This document shows positions 20,002 through 32,347 of a DNA stretch of 64,000 nucleotides, piece by piece. The DNA is from an uncultured Trueperaceae bacterium (GTDB lineage Bacteria; Deinococcota; Deinococci; Deinococcales; Trueperaceae): NCBI GenBank assembly GCA_963815215.1, contig CAWFFU010000011.1, positions 160,001 through 224,000 on the forward strand, given 5' to 3'. A program made the translations under genes and the position numbers. The notes under the pieces are model-generated. The model saw only the letters and a program-made list of their open reading frames with translations. It searched no databases and was not told the origin of the DNA. Position 1 is the first letter of the stretch; every line of letters starts with the position of its first letter.

Positions 20002-20433
20002 ATGGGAAGTCAGGCCACCAGACTGCTGATAGCGGCAGTGCTGGGCCTGCACGGTCTCGGGCACGGCGGTGCCTTCGTCGCGGAGCTGATCGCCCGAAGC
20101 GGCCGTGCCGACACCGGCGCATGGCGCGCCGCGCACCTGTGGGCGGCGCCGTCCCTTCCCGTGTCCGCTGCAACAGCGTTGGCGGGCGTGTTCTGGATTC
20201 TGGCGCTTGTGGGCTTCGTGGCCGCGGCCCTGGCTTTCTGGGGTTGGCTGATACCGCCCTCGACATGGCGGCAGCTCGCTGTCGGTTCCGCCATCATCTC
20301 ACTGGCGGGGATGGTGCTCTTCTTCGGCACCTGGCCGGCGTTCAACACCCTCGCTGCGCTCGCCGTCAACTTCGCGGTGCTGATCACACAGCTCTGGAGC
20401 CATTGGCCGGCACAGGCCGCGTTCGGGCGATAG
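20002..20433 (+). CDS. membrane protein
   Basis: HGLGH motif in first TM; four hydrophobic segments. Confidence 0.65.
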   Translation: MGSQATRLLIAAVLGLHGLGHGGAFVAELIARSGRADTGAWRAAHLWAAPSLPVSAATALAGVFWILALVGFVAAALAFWGWLIPPSTWRQLAVGSAIISLAGMVLFFGTWPAFNTLAALAVNFAVLITQLWSHWPAQAAFGR

Positions 20434-21116
20434 ACACGAGTTTGTCGAGTCTGCAGGAGACAACCAGCCTGCGGCCCAGCCACCCGGTCACCAGATCCAG
20501 CGTCTGGCGCAGCCCTCAGACCTTTGCCCGTCGGCGGGAGGCGCGCTCAGCGCCCGTTACAGTGGCCCTACCTTCAAGCCTCCGCCGGCCAAGCGCGCGG
20601 TTTCGCAAGCCCACTCCCAGGGGCGCCCACATGAGCAGACTACCGATAAGGCCCTCCCGCTCCGGCTGCGGTGGGCGTCGCAACGACGTACCGACTACAT
20701 GCGGCTCGAGCAGCGTGACACCGCGCACCATTGTGCAGTACAGCCAACACCACCCCACATCCGCCGGCCGGATCGGCCATGACACCGTGCGACAAGCTCC
20801 ATTGTCGGGTGGTGGACAATGTGCACATAGTCCGACGATCGACGTTGCCATGGTCGTACGATCAAGAGTCGCGTCCGGGACGTAACAGACTTATGTGCCG
20901 CGCCCTGGACGCAGTAGTCCTCACGCATCGCATCGCGGTCCGGTCGGCCATGACCCGCTGCCCGCAACTCAGCACACGCTTCGTCAGGTGGCGGATGCAC
21001 TTGCCCCGATGTCTGCGTGAGGGCATGTGCGACCAGGCGCATGTCTGCAACACCCCAATCGGTCCGGCGCCGTAGAAGGCCCCTGTAGAATGCGGCGTCG
21101 ATAGACGCGAGACCAT

Positions 21117-24100
21117 TTGAGGGGGTTGGTCGAAGACGTGGAAGTTCCGCATGAGTTGAAGGTGAGCATCCGCCAGGGTCGGGCGATCTTGTTTCTAGGC
21201 GCAGGAGCGTCGGATGGGGCACTTGATGCTGCGGGCCGCGAGGCACCGATGGCGGGTGAAGTGGCGCAATTGTTGCGCGAGAGATTCCTTGGTGGTGAGC
21301 TTGAGCGTGCTGACCTCGCCCAGATCGCTGAAGTAGCGGAGTCGGAGAGTAGCCTGTTTGCAGTCCAAGAGGCGATTCGCGAACGCCTTGAAGGGCTCAG
21401 GCCAGCTGACTTCCACTACTTGATACCTGAGTTTCGGTGGAACTCGATCTTCACCGTCAACTACGACACCATCGTGGAGCAGGCGTATGAGGCTCGTGCA
21501 AACTCTCGTTTGCAGCGTCTTGTCCTGTTCCTGTCAAATGAGGACCAGATTGAAGGTTCTTTGGCGGCCGTACCGAACCCTGTGCCTTTCGTCAAGTTGC
21601 ATGGGTCGATTACGCACGCTAGGGACAGTCGCATACCTCTTATTTTGACGCCAGATCAGTATGTGCGCCATCGGAAAGGGCGAGAAAACCTGTTTCGATT
21701 CCTATTGAGCCGAGCGACCGACTTCCCGATTGTGTTCGCTGGCCACTCCCTCTCCGACCCGGACCTCCGGAGAATACTGGTTGAAATCGAAGAGGAGACG
21801 CCGAGTCGACCCGCCTACTACTTCGTGGCACGTGATGTTCCGAGCGTGTTGGAGCGCTCTTGGGCGAGCCGCAGGGTCTTTGCCCTTCAAGGGACGTTTG
21901 AGGAGTTCCTGCGGCAGATCGACCAAGACATCCCCGAGGCCCAAAGGCGTCTCGCTTCGCTTGCGCCCATCACCGACGTGATCGAGCGGAAGTTCAAGCG
22001 CCATGAAGAGATGACTGACGGGTGTCGGCGCTTCCTGTCTGAGCATGTGGATGTTGTGGACCCGAGTATGAGCGTGAAGGTTGCGAATGCAGCCGCGTTC
22101 TATCGAGGATTCGACGTCGACTGGTATGCGGTTTCGCGTGGACTTGATGTGAAGCGCTCGATCTGCGACCGGATGATCCTTGAGGTCATGCTCCGGCACG
22201 AATCGGATCGCCCAACTCGGGTCGAACTGTACGTGCTGAAGGGGTTCGCCGGTTCAGGCAAGTCTGTGACCCTTAGGAGGATTGCGTGGGATTCCGCTCC
22301 CATTTGCGACGGAACGGTGCTTCACCTTCGTGAATACGGCAGCCTGCAATACGAGGCAATTGTGGAAGTCCTCCGCTTGACCGACGAGCGCCTATTCCTG
22401 TTTGTTGATGACGCTGCCGATAATGTGTCCCAGATTGAAGGCCTGATTGAACAAGCGCGTCGCGACAAGTTGGCTCTCACCATAGTCACCGCAGAGCGCC
22501 AGAACGAGTGGAACACTGTCTGCGACGATCGTCTGTCCCCGTTCCTAACGGATACGTTCGAGTTGCGGAATCTCAATGAAGACGAGATGACCGAGCTTCT
22601 GGGAAAGCTCGAGCAGCACAATTCGCTTGGGTTCATGAGTGAAATGGAGCCCGCTGACCGTCTCGAGTACTTCGGTCGTGTAATGAGGCGCCAGATCTTG
22701 GTCGCTCTGCATGAGGCGACATCCGGCAAGCCGTTCGTAGATATTCTTGTTGACGAGTTCAACCAGATTCGGCCTGAGCAGGCAAGAGACATCTACCTCA
22801 CCGTTTGCGTGCTGAATCGACTCGGAGTCGGAGTCCGTGCAGGGGTGATTTCACGGGTCTTTGGGATTCCTTTTGCGCGATTTGAGCAGGAATTCTTCAA
22901 GCCCCTAGAGCACGTGGTTGAAGTGCGAGAGCACCCGACCCTTGGCGAAATGATCTATGAGGCTCGTCATCAGGAGATTGCCCAGATCGTATTTGAGCGC
23001 ATCCTTACAACCCGTGGTGCCAGATTCGACGAGTACGTTCGGATTCTCCGGGCGCTGAATGTCTCCTACAACACGGACCGCCGGGCGTACCGTGGGCTGC
23101 TCAACAACGCACCGCTTGCTGACCTATTTCCGGAGTACGAAGATGTAACGGAACTGTATCGGATTGCGGAAGAGATTGCACCTGACGACGCGTATAGACT
23201 GCAGCAGCAAGGCATCTACGAGATGAAGAGGCGGCCCCCGGACCTAGCGCGCGCGGGCCGGCTACTGCGTGAGGCAATGGCTCTTGAGCCGCGGAACTCC
23301 TCCATCGTCCATTCGCTAGCTGAGCACGCCCGGCATCTCGCGGAGGAAGCTGGTACCGAGCTAGACAAGAGGCGGTATAGGAGTGAAGCACGGGACCTCC
23401 TCGACTCGCTTATTCATTTCGACGGGCACAAGGGGTACGCGAGGCACACGCTTGTCAAGCTGGCGATGGATGAACTCAAGGAACAACTCGAGGACCCTGA
23501 GACGCCAGATGAACGCATAGAGCGTGCCGTACAGAGAGTTGAGGATCACATCCAAGCGGGGGTTCAGGAAACGCCTGGTGACGAGCTCATGGCTCAAGCG
23601 GAGGCCGACCTTAGCAACTTACTGTCGGACTACGATCGGGCGCTTGAGGCACTTCGAGGAGCACACGTCAAGAACCCACACAACCCGGTGATCGCGGTCC
23701 GGCTAGCCAAGCAGTACCGAGCGGCATCGCGATTCGGCGAGGCGGTAGCAGTTATTGAGCGCTCGCTTGAGTCCAACCCGCATGACAAACGACTTCACTA
23801 CATGGCGGCGATGGTCAAACGACAGCTTTCCGGGATCCCCGATGAACAGGTCATTCACCACCTTCAGAAGTCATTCGTGGCCGGTGACACGAACTACGAC
23901 GCGCAATTCTGGCTCGCCCGGTACCTATTCGAGAGCCTCGATGGCGATCGCCTTGAACGCTCGCGCGTTCTTTTCAGCGAACTGCGTGAGGCACGTATTC
24001 CGTTCGCACAACGTAGGCGGGTGAGAGACTATCTTCGCAACTCCGGCGGCGAGCGAAGGCGCGTTTCGGGCACCTTGATCAAGAAGTCTGACGACTACGG

Positions 24101-24275
24101 GTTTGTGCACGTGGATTCGCTTGGGCAGGACGTCTTTGTCCACGCCAGTAGTTTTGAGGACTCAATTTGGACTGCGATTTCGGTGGGAGATCGCCTGGAG
24201 CTGCAGGTCGGATTCAACTTGAGCGGGGCAGTCGGCCTCAATATCAGCGTGGCCGGTAATGATGGGCCACCGTAG
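21117..24275 (+). CDS. SIR2-STAND NTPase-TPR-cold-shock-domain antiphage protein (Avs5-like); start may be GTG 21138
   Basis: SIR2 motifs LFLGAGAS, TVNYD, KLHGS, GHSLSD; Walker A GFAGSGKS, Walker B LFLFVDD; helical repeats; C-terminal YGFV...DVFVHAS. Confidence 0.85.
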   Translation: MRGLVEDVEVPHELKVSIRQGRAILFLGAGASDGALDAAGREAPMAGEVAQLLRERFLGGELERADLAQIAEVAESESSLFAVQEAIRERLEGLRPADFHYLIPEFRWNSIFTVNYDTIVEQAYEARANSRLQRLVLFLSNEDQIEGSLAAVPNPVPFVKLHGSITHARDSRIPLILTPDQYVRHRKGRENLFRFLLSRATDFPIVFAGHSLSDPDLRRILVEIEEETPSRPAYYFVARDVPSVLERSWASRRVFALQGTFEEFLRQIDQDIPEAQRRLASLAPITDVIERKFKRHEEMTDGCRRFLSEHVDVVDPSMSVKVANAAAFYRGFDVDWYAVSRGLDVKRSICDRMILEVMLRHESDRPTRVELYVLKGFAGSGKSVTLRRIAWDSAPICDGTVLHLREYGSLQYEAIVEVLRLTDERLFLFVDDAADNVSQIEGLIEQARRDKLALTIVTAERQNEWNTVCDDRLSPFLTDTFELRNLNEDEMTELLGKLEQHNSLGFMSEMEPADRLEYFGRVMRRQILVALHEATSGKPFVDILVDEFNQIRPEQARDIYLTVCVLNRLGVGVRAGVISRVFGIPFARFEQEFFKPLEHVVEVREHPTLGEMIYEARHQEIAQIVFERILTTRGARFDEYVRILRALNVSYNTDRRAYRGLLNNAPLADLFPEYEDVTELYRIAEEIAPDDAYRLQQQGIYEMKRRPPDLARAGRLLREAMALEPRNSSIVHSLAEHARHLAEEAGTELDKRRYRSEARDLLDSLIHFDGHKGYARHTLVKLAMDELKEQLEDPETPDERIERAVQRVEDHIQAGVQETPGDELMAQAEADLSNLLSDYDRALEALRGAHVKNPHNPVIAVRLAKQYRAASRFGEAVAVIERSLESNPHDKRLHYMAAMVKRQLSGIPDEQVIHHLQKSFVAGDTNYDAQFWLARYLFESLDGDRLERSRVLFSELREARIPFAQRRRVRDYLRNSGGERRRVSGTLIKKSDDYGFVHVDSLGQDVFVHASSFEDSIWTAISVGDRLELQVGFNLSGAVGLNISVAGNDGPP

Positions 24276-24486
24276 AAGGGGCGCTCGACACAACTTGAGA
24301 ATCCAAGGCAGACGAAGCCTTGGGTCGCCCGTGTGGGCGAAGCAAAGCACGCGATGTCGAACCGCTCACCGTACAAGCCATTGAGGGTTCGTTGGTGAGG
24401 TGTGATGCGGGGCCCCGGAGTTGTGCAGCCTCAAGAGTTCGACAGCACGGCCGGCGGACAACAGCACTTGTCGCACGCCGGGTCCC

Positions 24487-27400
24487 CTACGCGACAGCCC
24501 ATTGCGCTGCCGCAGCCTCCGCCTGCTCCAGCACCGTCCGTGTCGCCTTCTCCTGCTTGTCCGGCGGATACCCGTGCCTGCGGAGGATCCGTTTCACGAG
24601 CACCCGAAGGTGCGCCCGCACGTTCTCCCGAAGCGTCCAGTCGATGGTGACGTTGTTCCGCACCGCCTCGAGCAGCTCCCTCGCGATCACGCGCAGGTTC
24701 TCGTCCCCCAGCACCTTCACGGCGCTGTCGTTGGCGTCCAGCGCGTCGTAGAACGCCAGCTCGTCCTCGCTGAGCCCGAGCGTTTCGCCTCGCGCGTGCG
24801 CCGCGCGCATCTCCTTGGCGAGCGCGATGAGCTCCTCGAGCACTTGCGCCGCTTCGACCGCGCGGTTCTGGTAGCGGCGGAGCGAGCGCTCCAGCATCTC
24901 GGCGAACGAGCGCGCCTGAACCACGTTGCGCCGTCGCCGCCCCGCGATCTCGCCCTTGAGCAGCTTCTGCAGCAGGTCGACGGCGAGGTTGCGTTGCTTC
25001 ATGCCGCGCACCTCGGCCAGGAAGTCGTCGGACAGGATGGAGATGTCGGGCTTCTCGAGCCCGGCCGCGGCGAAGATGTCCACCACCCCGTCGGGCGCCA
25101 CGGCCCTGGAGAGGATCTGCCGAACGGCGTGCTCGACGTCCTCGTCCGTCCGGCCGCTCCCGTCCGCCCCCTTCGCCAGGACGGAGCGCACGGCCTGGAA
25201 GAACCCCACGTCGTCCCGGATCTTCAGGGCCTCGTCACTCGGCACCGCGAGCGCGAACGCCCGCGAGAGCAGCGCGGACCTCCCGAAGGCAGCGTTCCTT
25301 GCCGTCCTTCTGAGCCAGGATGTGCTCCTGCGCTGCCGGGAGGAGCGACAGCCGCTCCTTGGGGCCTCCCGAGGTCCAGAGCGACCAGTCGAACCCGTGG
25401 AAGAGCCCGCAGCAGACCTCGTACTTCTCCCGCATGATCCGCACGGCTTCGTCCTGGTCGATGGCCGTGCTCGCCCTTGCCGCCGCTCGCGGTGTAGGTG
25501 GCGAGCGCCTTCTTCAGCTCGTGCGCCAGGCCGAGGTAGTCGACGACGAGGCCGCCGGGCTTGTCCTCGAACACCCGGTTGACGCGGGCGATGGCCTGCA
25601 TCAACCCGTGCCCCCGCATGGGCTTGTCCACATACATGGTGTGCAGGCTCGGGGCATCGAAGCCGGTCAACCACATGTCCCGCACAAGGACCACCTGAAG
25701 CGGATCCTTCGGGTCGCGGAAGCGGTTGGCCAGCGCCTGCCGGCGGGGCTTGTTGCGGATGTGCTGCTGCCACTCCACGGGATCCGACGCGGACCCCGTC
25801 ATGACCACCTTCATCGTCCCCTCGTCGTCGTCTTCGGCCGCCCAAGCCGGCCGCAGCTTGGCGATCTCGGCGTACAGATCGACGCAGATGCGGCGGCTCA
25901 TGCACACGATCATGGCCTTGCCCTCAAGCGCCTCCAGGCGCTTCTCGAAGTGCTCCACCATGTCCCGCGCGACCAGCTCCAGGCGCTTGCCGGCTCCGAC
26001 GATCGCCTCGAGCTGCGCCCACTTGGTCTTCAGCTTCTCCTTGCGCTCGACCTCCTCGCCCTCCGTCACCTCGTCGAACTCGGGGTCGATGCGCGGCCGC
26101 TCGTCCTCGTCCAGCTCCAGCTTCGCCAGCCGACTCTCGTAGTAGATCGGCACGGTGGCGCCGTCCTCCACCGCGCGCTGGATGTCGTAGATGCTGATGT
26201 AGTCCCCGAACACGGCCCGGGTGCTGGCATCCTCCAACTCGATCGGGGTGCCGGTGAAGCCGATGAACGACGCGTTGGGCAGCGCGTCACGCATGTGCCG
26301 CGCGAAGCCGTCGATGAAGTCGTACTGGCTGCGGTGCGCCTCATCCGCGATCACCACGATGTTGCGACGATCCGACAGCGTCGGATGCGTGTCGCCCCGC
26401 TCCTCCGGGAAGAACTTCTGGATGGTGGTGAAGACCACGCCGCCGGCGTTCACGTCCAGCAGCTCGCGTAGCTGCGCGCGGCTCGCGCGCCTGCACCGGC
26501 GGCTGCCGGAGCAGCTCGCTGCAACGCGAGAACGTCCCGAAGAGCTGATCGTCGAGATCGTTGCGGTCCGTGAGCACCACCAGCGTCGGGTTCTGCATCG
26601 CCGGCTCACGAACCATCCGCCCCGCATAGAACGCCATCGTCAGGCTCTTCCCAGACCCCTGCGTATGCCACACCACGCCCACGCGGCGATCACCGTACTG
26701 CCCGCCGTCAGGGCCCGCCTCGTCACGCTCCCCGTCGAGCAGCTGGGCCGCGCGCAGCGTCTGCCCGATGGCCTCCCTGACAGCGTGGAACTGGTGGTAC
26801 CCCGCCATCTTCTTGACCAGACGACCGCTGCCATCGTCGTCGAAGACGATGAAGTCGCGCACCAGTTCCAGGAAACGCGCCGGCTCGAAGAGGCCCTCGG
26901 TGAGCACCTGCAGCTCCGGCAGCGTCTTGTCGGCAAGCTCCTGACCGCCGATGGTGCGCCACGGCTTGAACCACTCCCGATCGGCCGTCAACGTGCCCAC
27001 CCTCGCCTGCACCCCGTCCGAGACCACCAGCGCATCGTTGAACGCGAACAGCGACGGGATCTCCGCCTTGTACGTCTGCAGCTGCTGGAAGGCCGTCTGG
27101 ATCGTCGCGCCCTCGGACGCAGCGTTCTTCAACTCCATCACGGCCAACGGCAGCCCGTTGACGAACAGGACGACGTCCGGGCGCCGCACATGCTTGTTCT
27201 CCTCGACCGTGAACTGATTGACCGCCAGCAGGTCATTCGAACCGACGTTCTCGAAGTCGACGACCTGCACCTGCGCCCCCCGGACCCCACCCGAGTCCGT
27301 CCGGTACTCGACAGCCACACCGTCGACCAACATCCGGTGCAACGTCCGATTGCGCAACGCGACGTCGGGCCCCTCCAACCGAGTCAGCTTCCGGTAGGCG

Positions 27401-27606
27401 TCGTCGATCGCTTCCGAGGGCAGGTCCGGGTTCAATCTGGCCAGGGCGTCGAGCAACCGTTGCCGAAGGACGACCTGGCCGTAGTCCTCACGCTCACTGC
27501 AAGGCTCGCCCGGAGCGATGTCGGGCCCGCTGACGTAATCCCAGCCGACCTCCTGCAGCCACTCCAGCGCAGCTTCCTCGACATCCGACTCCGCGAACTT
27601 GCTCAT
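24487..27606 (-). pseudogene. hsdR: type I restriction endonuclease subunit R, frameshifted (about 25270, 25470, 26480)
   Basis: [58 protein letters not shown] spread over several frames. Confidence 0.88.
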
Positions 27607-28467
27607 GCGCCCCCCGTCGCCGCCTCCTGGATCTCCTTCAGCGTGCGACCCTTGGAATCCTTCCACTCGGTGCGGCCGTTGCTCGTTCGTCCCAACATCA
27701 CGCCCGCCGCCATCGACGGCGAACCGAAAGTGTAATCCTGCGTCAACCTCAGGACTTCGCCAGCATCAGCCAGCACACCCTTGTCCCGCAACGTCGCCCG
27801 GAGATTCGAGAGGTACGACAAGATGGACGGCGTCTCGCTCTTCACCGCCATCGACCCCTCCCGCACCACGAACCCCTCCACCCCCTCGTAGCCCCGCGCC
27901 TCGATGCCCTTCGCGTGAAGCACCAAGCCACGCTTCCCGGACACCGCCGCGCGCGGCTTATCGAAGAACGTCACCCCCACCACCGGAAGACACAGCAACA
28001 GATCCCCCAAGAACGCCTCCGCGTCCGCCGCATCCGCCTCCGACAACGACGGCAACTGCGGAACGTTGCCGTTGTCCAACTCGCAGCGCTTCGCAGCCGC
28101 AGCCAACTCCACCAAGCGCGACTCCAAGTACTGCACGTGCGCCTTGTTCAGATTCTGATCCTTGCTGATGAACACCGCCGCATGCGTCCAGAAATCCTTC
28201 GCCTTCGCATGGCTATCCAGCCGCGGCAACAACGCATCGCCCTCACCCACATACGCGCGCGGAAGCTGACCCGCTTCACTCAAGCCCCACAACACGTACA
28301 CGCCCGTCCGGCCCAACTCCGAGCGCTTCCGGACCTCCGGGAACAGACGAGCGCGGAAACACCAACCCCTGCCCCGTCCAATTCGACTTCTCCACGATCC
28401 GAAGGCCCTCCGGCTCACCCGACGGGATGAAGATACGAACCGAGAACCCCTGGGTCTTCGCCGTCAC
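27603..28467 (-). CDS. GIY-YIG nuclease with DUF4357 domain (frameshifted near the 5' end)
   Basis: GVYVLWG...[41 protein letters not shown]. Confidence 0.8.
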
Positions 28468-29777
28468 GCCACGCCCTCCATGAGATTTCCCAGCGCCTGG
28501 CACCCGCAGCTCACCCGAAATGAGCTTCGGCAACAAAGTGTCTCGCAGAGCACCTAGGGTTGCGGACTCCACGTTGCGGCGCCAGCTCGCATCGTGCACG
28601 GAGTGGCCGAACAGTTCCTCGAACGCGAGCAGTAAGCCCGCGTGGCGAGGAACAACGGATCTCGGAACGTTCCGGAAAGTGATGCCGTTGGATATGTCCC
28701 ATGGTCGTCGGCCTTGCCGGCCGCTACCCGCCGAAACTCAGAGAAGACTGAAGAAGGAACGGGAGAAGGAGAATCCACTTCGGGAACCGTCAGATGTGAC
28801 CTTGAAGCAGGTCGAATCTGGTTCACCGAGCAACTGCGCCAACGCGGCCCACACACGCAATCAAGCACCCCGACCAGGAGAACGGACGTCCCATGCGTCG
28901 ACGACCATCGCTCATAGCTCGGAATCATCGACGGCATTGATCCGCCATATCGAGCGATGCCGTCAGCGGATGTTGCGCCAGCTTGCAGTAACGGCCTTCC
29001 GCTCGATCGCCTCATGTGGGTACTTCGCATGTCACGACAGTCAATTAAGTCTGCGATCGCGCCGAGCTTGCGAAGTGCTCCACCCGGCGGGATCTCGCCA
29101 AGTCGGAATCGACGAGTCGGTCGGGAAAGAGGTCGGCGAGAGGCTGTGGGAGGCCGGGGTCGCGGCCTTCGGCCTTGGCCCGAACAGGGTCGAAGTCCAC
29201 GAACCACGACTTGAACAGCGCCCGCGCCATCGCCTCCAGCGTCTCGCTCATGCGCCGGTTCAACTCGATCTTGTCGTCCAGCGCGCCGAGGATGCCTGCG
29301 ATGCGCCGCTGCTCCGCGAGTCGACGGGCAAGAGAAGGTGGAACGTCGCTCATGTCGACTCGACGGAATGCGATCGACCGTGCTTCCGTGGATCGTACTG
29401 GGAGCTAAGGTCTCCTGGAACTGCGGCCCGAAGTAGGCATATAGCAGGAAGCGTGAATCGACCTTGCCCTTCCGGGGCCGCAGAGAGTCCGCATGCGCCG
29501 TTCCACGGCAACATCGGAGCCCGGGCGACGGAATTGAGCGGCCTGCCCGAGCCGTGTTTCCGTAGCGAGAACACAACATCACCGGTTCGCGGCTCAACAC
29601 GGTCGGGTCCACGCTCGAAATCGGCCTCCGACAGATGGTCGGTGCCGATTCAGGTCAAGCGACCGTGCTCAACGGCTCGAAATCCCGAGGAATATCGGGC
29701 CAGTCTCGTTCTCGAGGGCGTCGTGTGCGGCCCGTCAAAGATCTCGGCGATAGTCGCCCACGCGTACCTCGGCCCAG

Positions 29778-29788
<11 letters not shown>
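28464..29788 (-). pseudogene. hsdS: type I R-M specificity subunit, heavily frameshifted
   Basis: MAGDW start overlapping the hsdM stop; [58 protein letters not shown]. Confidence 0.85.
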
Positions 29789-31376
<1,588 letters not shown>

Positions 31377-32297
31377 TCAGTCGTAGGCCGGTCGAGGCCC
31401 GAAGGGCCCCGGCTCGTGTTCAGTAGAACTCATGCCCATCCTACGCGCGACGTCGACCGGTGTTCCGCCGGCAGCCCCCGCCATGTCGGTCCCGCGCCCA
31501 CCTGATGACGGCTGCGCGAACTCCTCATGGTGTCCCCCCCATACGTTCCATGCGTGACTCAACCGTACGTCGCCGGCGCTGCGAATCGTTTGAATCGATG
31601 CACACCGCCACTCCGCAGGACGAGCCCATCGGGTTCGCGGGCCGGAGGTGGCTCCGACGGCCATAGCGCTCAGCACGCAATCCCGTGCACGGTATTCGTC
31701 AGACTTCGGTGACGTCGAAGGCGACACCAGTCGACAACAATGGTTATCGCCCGTAGACCACGCGCCACCGGCGGCCACGAGCACAACACTGCCAGATTGT
31801 AGTTGGAACGATCGGTTCACCTACGCGACCGCGCAGCGAGCGACCCCCTTCGTGGCGACCGAGAAGCCTGAGGCACATCGTGGCGGCCATCGGCAAGGAA
31901 AAGGGTGCGGGTCCGTCGAGAGGTGCCCCTAGGAGGCCCTCAGGGCCCCAGGGGCGCTGGGGGTTCCCCTCGGCCAACTCCCCCTCTCCTTCCCGGGCGG
32001 GCGCGTCGCTGAGGCCCTGGAGACGCCAGGTGACGTCCCGCGGGGTGTGCACGGCGATCGAAATCTTGGGCAAGCACCGCGACAGCCAGCACGCCATCGC
32101 CGGCATCATGAACGCCGACGCCTACAGCGGTCCCCGATGCAGACACGCCAGACGCGGCATCTCGAGATGCGCCGGGCTCGCAAAAAGGGCCCGCCCGCCC
32201 TGCGACGACCTGGGCGGGCAGGCGGCCATCAGGCTGACGAGCGAGAGCGCCAACCGATCCCCGGGTTGACGAGGCCGGCGCGAAGGGACCAAACATG

Positions 32298-32327
32298 AGC
32301 CGGTGCCCGCGTTCGCGGGCACCGGCT
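32298..32327 (-). terminator. strong hairpin downstream of the second recombinase
   Basis: AGCCGGTGCCCGCG-TT-CGCGGGCACCGGCT. Confidence 0.6.
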
Positions 32328-32347
32328 GGCACACGTACGGTGCGGCT

